A program made the position numbers and the translations under genes. A stretch of 64,000 nucleotides of DNA from an uncultured Gemmatimonadales bacterium (GTDB lineage: Bacteria; Gemmatimonadota; Gemmatimonadetes; Gemmatimonadales; GWC2-71-9), in NCBI GenBank assembly GCA_963779755.1, contig CAVZZO010000001.1, positions 2,301,666-2,365,665 on the forward strand. Direction: 5' to 3'. Positions 26,825-36,282 of this stretch are shown here, piece by piece. How positions within the stretch are numbered: the stretch's first letter is position 1; every line of letters starts with the position of its first letter. Below the pieces are notes generated by a model. It was not told the DNA's origin. It was given only the letters and a program-made list of their open reading frames with translations, and did no database searches.

Positions 26825-29800
26825 TCATCCGCCCTGCGCGGTCAGCGCGGCGATGCGGGACTTCACGTCGCGAACCAGCGGCTGGAGGTCGGCGTCGGCG
26901 TTCTTCCAGAGCGCCACGAACTTTCCGTACGACTCCAGTGCTCTGGCCCGGTCGCCCTTCTGTTCGTACAACTCACCCATCCGGCGGTAGGTGGGGCCCA
27001 GCGCCGGGTCGGCCCAGGCCAGACGGAACACGTCGGGGACCGTTGCCGACCTGTGGTAGTAGACCAGCGCGGAATCAGGCTGTCCCAGGCGGTCGAACAC
27101 CTGGCCGATCTCGAACTGTCCACAGGGGCCGCACCCGCTCTCGTCCGACCACTGCCGGTAGGCCGTGACCGCATCCGGCCACCGCTGCTCGGCGAAGGCG
27201 ATATCGCCCTCCGCCTTCAGTCGCAGCGGCTGGCCCTTGCGCCAGCCCTCGGGTACCATGCGCTGGTATTCCGCCATCGTGCGCCGGGCTTCGTCCGTCT
27301 GTCCGGTCAGGGCGTAGGCGGCGGCGAGCATGGGGTACGGCCGGTCCTCCGGCCGTATCGAGGCCAGGGGGTAGCGGGCCAGTGCCGCTTTCAGGGTGGC
27401 CTGGGCTGCCGCGGGCTGCGCGTGAATGAAGGCCTGGTCGATGGCGATCCGGGCGGCCTCCATCAGGGCGGATCCGGGGATGTCGCGCGCGACGGCGCTC
27501 CCCGCCGCCTCTTCCCGGTACCGTTCGGCCTGCGCCAGTCGTCCCTGAGTGGCCGTGACCTGCGCCAACAGATCGAGACTGCGTGCCCGCCAGGCCTCGC
27601 TGCCCCTGGCGGAATCCAGCATCCGGCGGAATGCCCGCTCGGCGGCCGCGTAGTCCTGCCGGTTGCCGGCAATCACGCCGACGCCCATGATCGCTCCCGG
27701 GTCGCCCGGGGAGGCCTGCTGCCAACGGCTGAGGGTGGTATCGGCCGCATCCAGGTGGCCCTGATCCACCTGCGCCACCGCCAGGTTCTGGTAGAGGGTG
27801 CTGGCACCGGTCAGCCGGGCTCCGCGGGCCGCCAGGCTCTCGGCCTGGGCCATTTCGCCCCGGCGGTTCAGCTGGATGGAGAGATTGTTGAGTGCGATGT
27901 CGTTGTCCGGATCCCGGTCCAGGACCGCCCGGTACGCCGCGATCGCCTGGGTGGGATCGTAGTTCACGATGTCGTAATACCACGCGGCCGTGAGATCGCC
28001 CTCGGTCGGCGGCAGCCGGTCGCGCAGCTGGAACGCGCGGGTGCCGGCGGCAATCTGCTGCGTCGCCGAGGCCTGGGTGTTGTACAGGGCGGCCGCCAGT
28101 TTGCGGTAGGCCATGGCGAAGGAGCTGTCCAGCCCGATGGCCTGGCGCAGCAGGGCAATGGCCCCGTCGAAGTCGCCCCGGTCGAAGAGATGATTGGCCT
28201 CGGTGTACTTCCGGAGCGCCTCCAGCGAGCCGGTGGTGACATCCTCCAGCGGCTGGGTCTGCCGGATGGAGACCAGCGACTCACCGATCCGCTCCCGCAG
28301 ATCGCGGGAGAGTTCGTCCAGGGCCGGGATCAGGTGCGCGTCATCATCGGCGGTCTTGCGCACCGAGGCCAGCACTTTGCCGTCGGAGGTGGACACGACA
28401 CTGGCCGAGAGGACGTAGCTCTGGCCCACCGGGTCGATCTGGCCGGTCACCACTGCCGTCACGCCCTCACGCTCGGCCAGCTCCCGGGCTACGTCCGGGG
28501 TAAGGTGCGCACCCGGTTTCTGCATCCGGCGCAGGCCGGCGGCGATCTGCCGCGGATCGAGCAGCTGCACCGCGCTGGACTGGGACAGGTCCACGCGGAA
28601 GGCTTCGGTGAGCGTGGGCCCCAGGGTGGAGTCGCTGGAGCGGTTGATAAAATCGGCCAGGAGGATGGGCTGGCTCCGCTCCAGCTTCCCGGAGGCCAGC
28701 AGGGTGCCTACCGGGCCGATGCCCAGGAGCCGCATCCCGGTATACACCGCCGCCACCAGACCCAGCCCGGCGAATGCGATCCCGCCGCCCAGCAGGGCCT
28801 TGCGCCAGGTGAACAGCCGTTTCATGCCGACCGGCGTCAGGGTGTGTACGCCGGTGGCCCGGGCCAGCGCACGCTTCCGCTCGAAGTAGCCGGTGGCCAG
28901 TATGATCGGCAGCCCAACCACCAGGAGCCCGGCCGCACCAAGGAAGACCCAATCGGGCAGGCCCAGCCGGAGCATGATCCAGTACACCAGGCCCAGCACC
29001 GCGGCGGCGGCCAGCGCAAACATGATCCCCACGCGGACCGGATGGGCGCGGCGCGCCCTGGCTTCGTAGCTCACCGCCGGCACCGGCTGCGTGCCGGTGG
29101 GCGTCATTCCCGCCGTCGGTGTCATGCCCCCCGTGGGAGTGAGGAGCGCCATGAGCGGGCCGATCAGCTCCTCGCTCTTCTGCGGGCGGTCGGCCGGCCG
29201 CTTGGCCAGGCAGCGCATGACCAGCTCGGCCAGGGCGGGTGGACAACTGGGTCGCCGGGCGCCGAGCGGGTCGGGCGCCTGGGTGACGTGGGCCGCCAGC
29301 ACCATCTGGGGGCTGGCCCCGGTGAAGGGCGGGCTGCCGGAGAGCATTTCATACGCCATCGCGCCCACGGCGTAGAGGTCGGCCCGGTGATCCACGTGAG
29401 GATCGGCAGCCGCCTGTTCCGGCGACATGTAGCTGGGGGTCCCCAGCGCGACGCCCAGTGAGGTGAGCGAGGAGGCGCCGGTGGAGGACGCCACCGCCTT
29501 GGCCACGCCGAAGTCGGTCACCACGGCGTGGCGCCGGCTGAGCATGACGTTGTCCGGCTTGATGTCGCGGTGGACGATCCCCTGCTCATGCGCGTAGGAG
29601 AGCGCGTCCAGCACATCGTGCAGGATGCGGATCACTTCCGGAATGGGCAGCTCGCCCTCCCGGGCCAGCTTGGCGCGGAGCGACTCGCCCTCGATGAAGG
29701 GCATGACGTAGTACAGCAGGTCGCCGGAGGCGCCGGCGGTGAGCAGGGGAACGATATGCGGGTGCTGCAGTTTGGCGGCCAGCTGGATTTCGCGCTCGAA

Positions 29801-29977
29801 CCGCTCCACGTTCACGCCGGCCGACATCTCGGGCGGCAGCAGCTTGATGACCACCTTGCGGCCGAGGCGGACCTCTTCGGCGAGGAAGACGCGGCTCATG
29901 CCGCCCCCACCGAGTTCCTTCTCGATACGGTAGGCGTCGCCGACAGCCGTCTGAAGACGGTCGCGCAGGTCGGTCAT
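26825..29977 (-). CDS. Hanks-type Ser/Thr kinase-3TM-TolB-like-TPR receptor
   Basis: MTDLRDRLQ start, full kinase motifs, LGLPDW TM hairpin plus third TM, DVTTGSLEALRKY, FAMAYRKLA TPRs, LWKNADADLQP end. Confidence 0.93.
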   Translation of the reverse strand: MTDLRDRLQTAVGDAYRIEKELGGGGMSRVFLAEEVRLGRKVVIKLLPPEMSAGVNVERFEREIQLAAKLQHPHIVPLLTAGASGDLLYYVMPFIEGESLRAKLAREGELPIPEVIRILHDVLDALSYAHEQGIVHRDIKPDNVMLSRRHAVVTDFGVAKAVASSTGASSLTSLGVALGTPSYMSPEQAAADPHVDHRADLYAVGAMAYEMLSGSPPFTGASPQMVLAAHVTQAPDPLGARRPSCPPALAELVMRCLAKRPADRPQKSEELIGPLMALLTPTGGMTPTAGMTPTGTQPVPAVSYEARARRAHPVRVGIMFALAAAAVLGLVYWIMLRLGLPDWVFLGAAGLLVVGLPIILATGYFERKRALARATGVHTLTPVGMKRLFTWRKALLGGGIAFAGLGLVAAVYTGMRLLGIGPVGTLLASGKLERSQPILLADFINRSSDSTLGPTLTEAFRVDLSQSSAVQLLDPRQIAAGLRRMQKPGAHLTPDVARELAEREGVTAVVTGQIDPVGQSYVLSASVVSTSDGKVLASVRKTADDDAHLIPALDELSRDLRERIGESLVSIRQTQPLEDVTTGSLEALRKYTEANHLFDRGDFDGAIALLRQAIGLDSSFAMAYRKLAAALYNTQASATQQIAAGTRAFQLRDRLPPTEGDLTAAWYYDIVNYDPTQAIAAYRAVLDRDPDNDIALNNLSIQLNRRGEMAQAESLAARGARLTGASTLYQNLAVAQVDQGHLDAADTTLSRWQQASPGDPGAIMGVGVIAGNRQDYAAAERAFRRMLDSARGSEAWRARSLDLLAQVTATQGRLAQAERYREEAAGSAVARDIPGSALMEAARIAIDQAFIHAQPAAAQATLKAALARYPLASIRPEDRPYPMLAAAYALTGQTDEARRTMAEYQRMVPEGWRKGQPLRLKAEGDIAFAEQRWPDAVTAYRQWSDESGCGPCGQFEIGQVFDRLGQPDSALVYYHRSATVPDVFRLAWADPALGPTYRRMGELYEQKGDRARALESYGKFVALWKNADADLQPLVRDVKSRIAALTAQGG

Positions 29978-30058
29978 GGCCCTCAGGGGAGGGGGAGAGG
30001 CTGGAAGTCCACTAAAGGTATAGGTATAGCACTCCCGGGGCCAGACAGTTCCCCTGCG

Positions 30059-30087
30059 TTGCCTGCTGCTGTCGGGGCTGCTAGCTT
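30059..30087 (+). promoter_or_regulatory. pyrR promoter
   Basis: TTGCCT-17 bp-TAGCTT; ATG 11 nt downstream. Confidence 0.6.
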
Positions 30088-30098
30088 CCGGCCCCGAG

Positions 30099-30644
30099 AT
30101 GCCACCCACCCGTACCACCCTCCTGGATGAGCGTGCCATGGGCCGCGCGCTGGCCCGCATGGCTTCCGAAATCGTGGAAAAGAGCGGTGGAACCGACGGC
30201 CTGGTGCTGGTCGGGATCCAGCGCCGCGGAGTCGAGTTGTCGGAGCGGCTGGCTCACCTGATCGAGCAATCCGCAGGGGGCAGCATTCCCCGCGGCAAGC
30301 TCGATATCACCCTCTATCGCGACGATCTCCAGGCCATCGGCCCGCGGCCCATCGTGGCCGAGACGAAGCTGCCGCCCGACCTGGACGGCCAGACCGTCGT
30401 GATCGTGGATGACGTGCTCTACACCGGTCGCACGGTGCGGGCGGCACTGGACGAGTTCGCCGACTTCGGGCGGCCGCGCCGCTTTCTGCTCTGCGTGCTG
30501 GTGGACCGGGGCGGTCGTGAGCTGCCGATCCAGGCCGATATCGTGGGCAGGAAGGTCACTGCCGGCCCCGCCGAGCGGGTGGACGTGGCGGTGAGGGAGC
30601 TGGACGGCCGGGATGCGGTCGAGCTGGTGCGGGGGGACGGATAA
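30099..30644 (+). CDS. pyrR: Bifunctional pyr regulator / UPRTase PyrR
   Basis: RALARMASEIVEK, GIQRRG, LDITLYRDD, VDDVLYTGRTVRAALD, LVDRGGRELPI. Confidence 0.96.
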   Translation: MPPTRTTLLDERAMGRALARMASEIVEKSGGTDGLVLVGIQRRGVELSERLAHLIEQSAGGSIPRGKLDITLYRDDLQAIGPRPIVAETKLPPDLDGQTVVIVDDVLYTGRTVRAALDEFADFGRPRRFLLCVLVDRGGRELPIQADIVGRKVTAGPAERVDVAVRELDGRDAVELVRGDG

Positions 30645-30674
30645 GGATGAAAGGGAAAGGTGTAGTGGCGATTA

Positions 30675-30865
30675 ACCGCGAAGGCGCGAAGAGCGCGAAG
30701 TACGCAAAGACTGCTCTTTGTGGGGAGACTCCTTCGGTCTCCGGCCTGAAATGCCGCCACCCCAGAGTTCGGCGTCCCGTGAATCCGCGGTATAGGCCGG
30801 GAGCACGACTGCAATCCCACCACACAAGATCTTCGCGTCCTTCGCGCTCTTCGGGTCTTCGCGGT
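30675..30865. repeat. ~190-nt rod-like hairpin closed by 9-mer periodic arms
   Basis: 36-nt arms (CGCGAAGAG-like units) with 32/36 complementarity, plus nested inner helices. Confidence 0.85.
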
Positions 30866-30888
30866 AGACCTGCCGGGAGGGTGGCGGC

Positions 30889-31851
30889 GTGACCGGGCTC
30901 GCGCTGGGCAAGGACCTGATCGGGCTCGAGCCGCTCTCGGCCGAGCAGATCCGGCTCATCCTGGACACCGCCGAGCCGTTCAAGGAAGTGAGCGAGCGGC
31001 CCATCAAGAAGGTGCCGGCGCTCCGGGGCAAGACCATCGTCAATCTCTTCTTCGAAGCCAGCACGCGCACCCGCATCTCCTTCGAGTTTGCCGAGAAGCG
31101 CCTCTCGGCCGACACGGTGAACGTGGCGGCGGTGGGCTCCTCGGTCAGCAAGGGCGAGACCCTGGTGGATACCGCCCGCAACCTGGAGGCGATGCGGATC
31201 GACATGGTGGTGATCCGCCACTGGGCCTCGGGCTCGGCCCGCTTCCTGGGCGACCGCATCCGCTCCAACGTGGTGAACGCGGGCGACGGCCAGCACGAGC
31301 ACCCCACCCAGGGCCTGCTCGACATGCTCACCCTGCGCGACAAGTTCGGGAAGATCGAAGGCCTCAAGATCGCCATCGTGGGCGACGTGCTGCACAGCCG
31401 GGTGGCCCGGAGCAATATCTGGGGCCTCACCAAGCTGGGTGCGGAGGTGGCGGTGTGCGGGCCGGCCACGCTCATGCCGCGCGGCATCGAATCGCTGGGC
31501 GTGCGGGTGATTCCCCATGTGGAAGACGCCATCCAGTGGGCCGATGCGCTCAACATTCTGCGGCTGCAGCTGGAGCGCATGCAGTCGGGTTTCATTCCCT
31601 CCCTACGCGAGTACAACCGGGTGTTCGGGGTGAGCCGGGAGCGGCTGGAGCGGGCGCCCCGCGACCTGGTCATTCTGCATCCCGGGCCCATGAACCGCGG
31701 GGTGGAGATCGACAGCGACGTGGCCGACGGACCCCACAGCGTCATCCTGCCGCAGGTCACCAACGGCGTGGCGGTGCGCATGGCGGTGCTCTACCTGCTG
31801 GCCGGCGGCTCGCCCGACTGGGCGGCGCCGCCCGAGGGCCGGGACGTATGA
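30889..31851 (+). CDS. pyrB: Aspartate carbamoyltransferase catalytic subunit
   Basis: [36 protein letters not shown]. Confidence 0.97.
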   Translation: MTGLALGKDLIGLEPLSAEQIRLILDTAEPFKEVSERPIKKVPALRGKTIVNLFFEASTRTRISFEFAEKRLSADTVNVAAVGSSVSKGETLVDTARNLEAMRIDMVVIRHWASGSARFLGDRIRSNVVNAGDGQHEHPTQGLLDMLTLRDKFGKIEGLKIAIVGDVLHSRVARSNIWGLTKLGAEVAVCGPATLMPRGIESLGVRVIPHVEDAIQWADALNILRLQLERMQSGFIPSLREYNRVFGVSRERLERAPRDLVILHPGPMNRGVEIDSDVADGPHSVILPQVTNGVAVRMAVLYLLAGGSPDWAAPPEGRDV

Positions 31852-33140
31852 GCGTCCTGGTGTTCCGCGGCGGCCGCATCATCGACCCGGTGCGCGCGCT
31901 GGACGAGGTGGGCGATCTGATCGTCCGCGATGGCCACGTCGAGGGCACCGGCCGGAACGAGGGGACGCCCGACGGCGCCCGGGTGGTGGACTGCGCTGGC
32001 AAGGTGGTGGCCCCCGGCCTGGTGGATCTGCATGTGCATTTCCGCGAACCGGGGCAGGAGGAGCTGGAGACCATCGCGACCGGCGCCATGGCGGCGGCCG
32101 CCGGCGGCTTTACCGCGGTCTGCGCCATGCCCAATACCGACCCGGTGACCGACAACCAGGCCGCCGTGGGCTTCATTCTGCGCCAGGCGATGCGGGCGGG
32201 GAAGGCGCGGGTCTATCCCATCGGCGCCATCACCCTGGGGCAGAAGGGCGAGCAGCTGGCCGAGTTCGGCGAGATGGTGGGGGCCGGCGCGGTGGCGGTG
32301 AGCGACGACGGGCACCCGGTCGTTTCCAGCCACATGATGCGCACCGCACTGGAATACGCCCAGACCTTCGGCATTCCGGTCGCGGACCACTGCGAGGACC
32401 CGACGTTGTCCCTGGGCGGGGCCATGCACGAAGGGCTGGTCGCCAGCCGGCTGGGGCTCAAGGGGATTCCGTCCGCAGCCGAAGAGATCATGGTGGCGCG
32501 GGATATCCTTCTCTCGGAGCTGACCGGCGGCCACATCCACCTCTGCCATATGTCGACTCGCGGCTCGGTGGAGCTCATCCGCCGGGCCAAGGAGAAAGGA
32601 CTGCGGGTGACGGCTGAAGCGACCCCGCATCACTTCAGCCTGACCCATGAGCGGGTGGAAGGTTACGATACCAACGCCAAGATGAACCCGCCGCTGCGCG
32701 AAGATGAAGACCGCGAGGCGGTGCGCCAGGCGCTGAGGGATGGAGTGGTGGATGCCATCGCCACCGACCACGCGCCGCACCACTACGATGCCAAGGAGCG
32801 GGAGTTCGACGACGCGCCCAACGGGATCATCGGGCTGGAAACCGCGCTGGGACTGGCGCTCACCGAGCTGGTCCATACCGGGCTCATCAGCCTGCCAACG
32901 CTGGTGGAACGCATGAGCACGGTGCCGGCCCGGCTGTTCCACCTCTCCGGCGGGAGCCTGGCCCCGGGGGCGCCGGCCGATCTGGTCGTGTTCGACCCCG
33001 CCCGGCGCTGGACGGTCGATCCCACCCGCTTCTTCAGCAAGAGCCGCAACACCCCCTGGTCCGGGGCGACACTCCAGGGCCAGGTGGACCTCACCCTGGT
33101 CCGGGGCCATGTGGTCTTCGAGCGGGCCCCCGCCTCCTGA
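31848..33140 (+). CDS. pyrC: Dihydroorotase
   Basis: [39 protein letters not shown] overlap with pyrB. Confidence 0.96.
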   Translation: MSVLVFRGGRIIDPVRALDEVGDLIVRDGHVEGTGRNEGTPDGARVVDCAGKVVAPGLVDLHVHFREPGQEELETIATGAMAAAAGGFTAVCAMPNTDPVTDNQAAVGFILRQAMRAGKARVYPIGAITLGQKGEQLAEFGEMVGAGAVAVSDDGHPVVSSHMMRTALEYAQTFGIPVADHCEDPTLSLGGAMHEGLVASRLGLKGIPSAAEEIMVARDILLSELTGGHIHLCHMSTRGSVELIRRAKEKGLRVTAEATPHHFSLTHERVEGYDTNAKMNPPLREDEDREAVRQALRDGVVDAIATDHAPHHYDAKEREFDDAPNGIIGLETALGLALTELVHTGLISLPTLVERMSTVPARLFHLSGGSLAPGAPADLVVFDPARRWTVDPTRFFSKSRNTPWSGATLQGQVDLTLVRGHVVFERAPAS

Positions 33141-33322
33141 GGAACGCCAGGGCCGGGCCTGGGCGCGGTCCTTCACGCTTCTCAAGGGTTTCGCCCGTCT
33201 GCGGGCGCGTTAGATTAGCCCTGACGATCCGATAACCAGTTGCATGCAATGGTAGTACCTGGCCTGCGCACCCCGGGCCGACTGACCGGGTTCACGGCAT
33301 CGCCGGGAGGGGAGCCGTAACA

Positions 33323-34264
33323 ATGGCGAAATCGACCAACGACAACCACGATCCGATCCAGGACCTGCTCCAGGAACGGACCCAGTATTCGACCTGGCTT
33401 GCCCGTCTCGACGCCGCCTCCGATAGCACGCCGGGGTCGGTGCGCGACCGGGTACGCGGAGACTACCAGAAACGCCTGGAAAAGGTGGTGGAGGAGCTGC
33501 GCTCCCATGCCGGCGACGTGAACCAGCAACTCGACCACCACCGGGAGACCCGCGAAGAACTGGTGACCCGCGAAGACCAGGCCCGGGAGATCATGGCCGA
33601 GGCCGAGTTGCGGCACACCGTGGGGGAATACTCCGAAGAGAAATGGCAGCAGATCCAGGGCGAGGCCCAGCGGAACCTGACCTCGATCCGGGAGGAGCTC
33701 TCCGGCATCAACGAAAAGATCCTGGAACTGGAGAAGGTCCAGGCGCAGATTGCCGAGCCGCTGCCTGGGGCGGAAAATCCCGCGCCCGCGCCCGAGCCGG
33801 AAGCCCAGCCCGAGGCGCCGGCGGCCGAAGCCGGGCACCAGCCGGCCGAGCCGGAAGCGCCGCCTGTCACCCAGCAGGTGGAGGAGAGGAAAGAACCTCC
33901 GGCTTCCCCGCCTCCGGCCGCTGCCGAGCCGGCCCGCCCCGCGGCCCGGCAGACCGACGAGCTGGCGTTCCTCAAGTCGGTCACCGAAGACGACCGCGCC
34001 GGCCCCTCGCCCCGGCGGGCCAGCGGGGGCGTGCCTCGTCCCGTCGAAGCGTCGCCCCAGGGCCCGTCCCGCGGCTCGCTGGGGCAGCCCACGTTTACCC
34101 GGTCGAGCACCCTGGGCAACACGGGCCCGACCTCGATTCCCGATGCCCGCGAACGGCCCAGCCAGGCCGCGCCCCGCACCCTCAAGTGCGGCGAGTGCGG
34201 CACCATGAACCGGCCGACGGAGTGGTACTGTGAGCGGTGCGGGGCGGAACTGGCAGACCTGTAA
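33323..34264 (+). CDS. Coiled-coil protein with Pro/Ala linker and C-terminal RanBP2-like zinc ribbon
   Basis: Heptad-rich N-terminal ~140 aa, low-complexity linker, CGECGTMNRPTEWYCERCG; GGAGG SD. Confidence 0.85.
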   Translation: MAKSTNDNHDPIQDLLQERTQYSTWLARLDAASDSTPGSVRDRVRGDYQKRLEKVVEELRSHAGDVNQQLDHHRETREELVTREDQAREIMAEAELRHTVGEYSEEKWQQIQGEAQRNLTSIREELSGINEKILELEKVQAQIAEPLPGAENPAPAPEPEAQPEAPAAEAGHQPAEPEAPPVTQQVEERKEPPASPPPAAAEPARPAARQTDELAFLKSVTEDDRAGPSPRRASGGVPRPVEASPQGPSRGSLGQPTFTRSSTLGNTGPTSIPDARERPSQAAPRTLKCGECGTMNRPTEWYCERCGAELADL

Positions 34265-34309
34265 AGGCAGGGAACGGGGAAAAGGGAATTGGGGATGCTG
34301 GTGGAAACG

Positions 34310-34336
34310 AAAAAGGGCGGCCGCTGAGGCCGCCCT
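34310..34336 (-). terminator. Rho-independent terminator of rpsT
   Basis: AGGGCGGCC-5 nt-GGCCGCCCT stem with an A-tract on its left side (U-tract on the minus strand). Confidence 0.75.
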
Positions 34337-34361
34337 GACTATTCCCGATTCCCGTGGTCTG

Positions 34362-34619
34362 CTAGCCCTCGCGGTCGGCGACTGCCTTCGCCAGGCGGCT
34401 CTTCTGCCGGGCCGCGGCGTTGGGATGGACCAGATTCTTGCGGGCGGCGCGATCGAGCAGCTTGGTGGCCCGCTGATAGGCGCTCTGGGCATCGGCCTTG
34501 GAGCCGGCGACGCGGACCTTCTTCATGGCGGTCCGGAGCGCGCTGCGCTGCGCCCGGTTGCGGGTGCTGGCAGCCTGGGCTTGCCGCATGCGCTTCTTGG
34601 ACGATTTGATACGAGGCAC
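34362..34619 (-). CDS. rpsT: 30S ribosomal protein S20
   Basis: IKSSKKR.RQ..RNR..RS.LRT.MKK, LLDRAA.K..VHPN.AAR.KSRL; GTG start, AGGAG SD. Confidence 0.97.
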   Translation of the reverse strand: MPRIKSSKKRMRQAQAASTRNRAQRSALRTAMKKVRVAGSKADAQSAYQRATKLLDRAARKNLVHPNAAARQKSRLAKAVADREG

Positions 34620-34728
34620 GTGTTCTCCTGGACGGCAAGACGGCCCTAAAGGACTTGCTCGCGGCTCTTATTGGGGAGGCCGCTCGGCCGCAGGACCGCC
34701 CCCGAGCCAACCCCATTTACGGCCGGTA

Positions 34729-34757
34729 AGTATAGAAGCGATAGGGCTTAGGGTCAA
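34729..34757 (-). promoter_or_regulatory. rpsT promoter
   Basis: Minus strand TTGACC-17 bp-TATACT. Confidence 0.75.
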
Positions 34758-34814
34758 CCCAGCGGATCATGCCTCCCCGCAACGCCAGCGTAGCGCAAAC
34801 CGGTAGTCCGATTA

Positions 34815-34905
34815 TCCTGCCGTCCTGCCGTCCTGCCGTCCTGCCGTCCTGCCGTCCTGCCGTCCTGCCGTCCTGCCGTCCTGCCCGCCTTCCCGCCTTC
34901 CCGCC
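34815..34905. repeat. Octamer tandem repeat (TCCTGCCG)x8 plus degenerate units
   Basis: Eight perfect copies 34815-34878, then TCCTGCCC and CCTTCCCG-type units. Confidence 0.95.
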
Positions 34906-34973
34906 ATTCATGTAACTTCACCCATCTTCAGACCAAGGCCGTTCCTGTTGCCGTTTCCGGATTCCCTTCCGAC

Positions 34974-35720
34974 ATGACCGGGTTGCAGGCACCCGCCGCT
35001 CCAGAGGCGGCGGCGTCCGGCTTCATCGTCGAGCTCGAGTCCTTCTCCGGGCCGCTCGATCTGCTGCTGCATCTCCTGCGGGAGGAGCAGATCGACATCG
35101 CCGACATCCCCATCGCCCGTATCGCCGACCAGTTTCTCCGCGCGATTCACGCGCTGGGGCTGAACCAGGCGGCGGATTATCTGGAAATGGCCGGCCGGCT
35201 CCTGCGCCTCAAGGCGCAGATGCTGTTGCCGCGGCCGCTGGATCAGGAAGGCTGGGAAGACCCGCGCCACGAGCTGGTGCGCCGGCTGCTGGAATACCAG
35301 CAGATCCGCGAGATCGCCGAATGGATGGAGCGGGCAGCGGAGCGCCGCGCCGGCCGTCTGGCGCGCGGCTATCTCCCGCCGCCGCCCGAGCTGCCGCCTC
35401 CGCCGCTCAGCTTTCAGGTCATGGACCTGCTGGAGGCGGTGGAGCGGGTGATCGCGGGGATCCCCACCCCGGTGCTGCACCGGGTGGTGCCCCGGCCGCT
35501 CGATGTCGAAGGCGCAACGCTTCGGATCGAAACCCTGCTTGCCGAGCGGGGGGAGATCGGGTGGCGTGACGCCCTGGGCCCCCGGCCCGGCATCACCGAC
35601 GTGCTGTCCACCCTGCTGGCGCTGCTGGAGCTGGCGCGCCGCGGGCGGCTCCTGCTTCTGCAACCGGCACCCTTCGCGCCCCTGGTGATCCGCCGTGAAT
35701 CCGCTGACCCAACTGATTGA
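34974..35720 (+). CDS. scpA: Segregation and condensation protein A
   Basis: FSGPLDLLLHL, IDIADIPI..IADQF, YLEMA..LL.LKA.MLLP, EDPR.ELV.RLLEY. Confidence 0.95.
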   Translation: MTGLQAPAAPEAAASGFIVELESFSGPLDLLLHLLREEQIDIADIPIARIADQFLRAIHALGLNQAADYLEMAGRLLRLKAQMLLPRPLDQEGWEDPRHELVRRLLEYQQIREIAEWMERAAERRAGRLARGYLPPPPELPPPPLSFQVMDLLEAVERVIAGIPTPVLHRVVPRPLDVEGATLRIETLLAERGEIGWRDALGPRPGITDVLSTLLALLELARRGRLLLLQPAPFAPLVIRRESADPTD

Positions 35721-36282
35721 GGCCGCGCTGTTCTCCGCCGCCCGTCCGCTGACGGCCGAGGAGTTGCAGACCCTGGATACCGAGGCCACCCTGGCCGATG
35801 TGCGCCAGGCGCTGGACCAGCTGCGCGAGGTCTACGATTTCAACCAGCACGGCGTCGAGCTGGTAGAGCTGGGGGGCGGCTACCAGGTGCTGACCCGCCC
35901 GGCGCTGGCGGCTGCCATCGAGCGGGCCCAGTTCTCGGTGCGGCAGCCCCGGCTCACCGCCGCCGCCATGGAAACGCTGGCCGTCATCGCCTACCGCCAG
36001 CCGGTGGGCCGGGCGGACATCGAAGAGATCCGCGGCGTCTCGGCGGGCGGCGTGCTCCGCACGCTGCAGGAGCGGGGGCTCATCGAAGTCACCGGCCGCA
36101 GCGAAGGCATGGGACGGCCGCTGCTCTACGGCACGACATCGCTCTTCCTGGAAACCCTGGGGCTGCGCGATCTGGCGGAACTGCCCCGGACCGACGAGCT
36201 GCGGGTCTCCCTGCACTCGCACCGGCCCGATGCCCCGGAGGAAGAGGGCGACGTGGCCGCGTACGTCCCCGCCGAATCATGA
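35695..36282 (+). CDS. scpB: Segregation and condensation protein B
   Basis: IEAALF, ETLAVIAYRQPV.RADIE.IRGV, GRPLLYGTT..FL..LGL..L.ELP. Confidence 0.96.
   Translation: MNPLTQLIEAALFSAARPLTAEELQTLDTEATLADVRQALDQLREVYDFNQHGVELVELGGGYQVLTRPALAAAIERAQFSVRQPRLTAAAMETLAVIAYRQPVGRADIEEIRGVSAGGVLRTLQERGLIEVTGRSEGMGRPLLYGTTSLFLETLGLRDLAELPRTDELRVSLHSHRPDAPEEEGDVAAYVPAES

Noticed and set aside
29978..30160. N-terminal extension of the kinase given by the ORF track (also extended starts for plsX, fabG, msrQ, pyrC, batD, uppP)
   Set aside because: Extensions overlap neighbouring genes or promoters; paralog alignment and SD or overlap patterns support the shorter starts.
30675..30865. Firm call as 6S RNA or canonical PyrR attenuator
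   Set aside because: No recognisable 6S consensus or usual synteny; no PyrR binding-loop consensus or U-tract. Kept only as an open finding.
34717..34911. 64-aa ORF with GRQDGRTA repeats
   Set aside because: Simply the translated octamer repeat.
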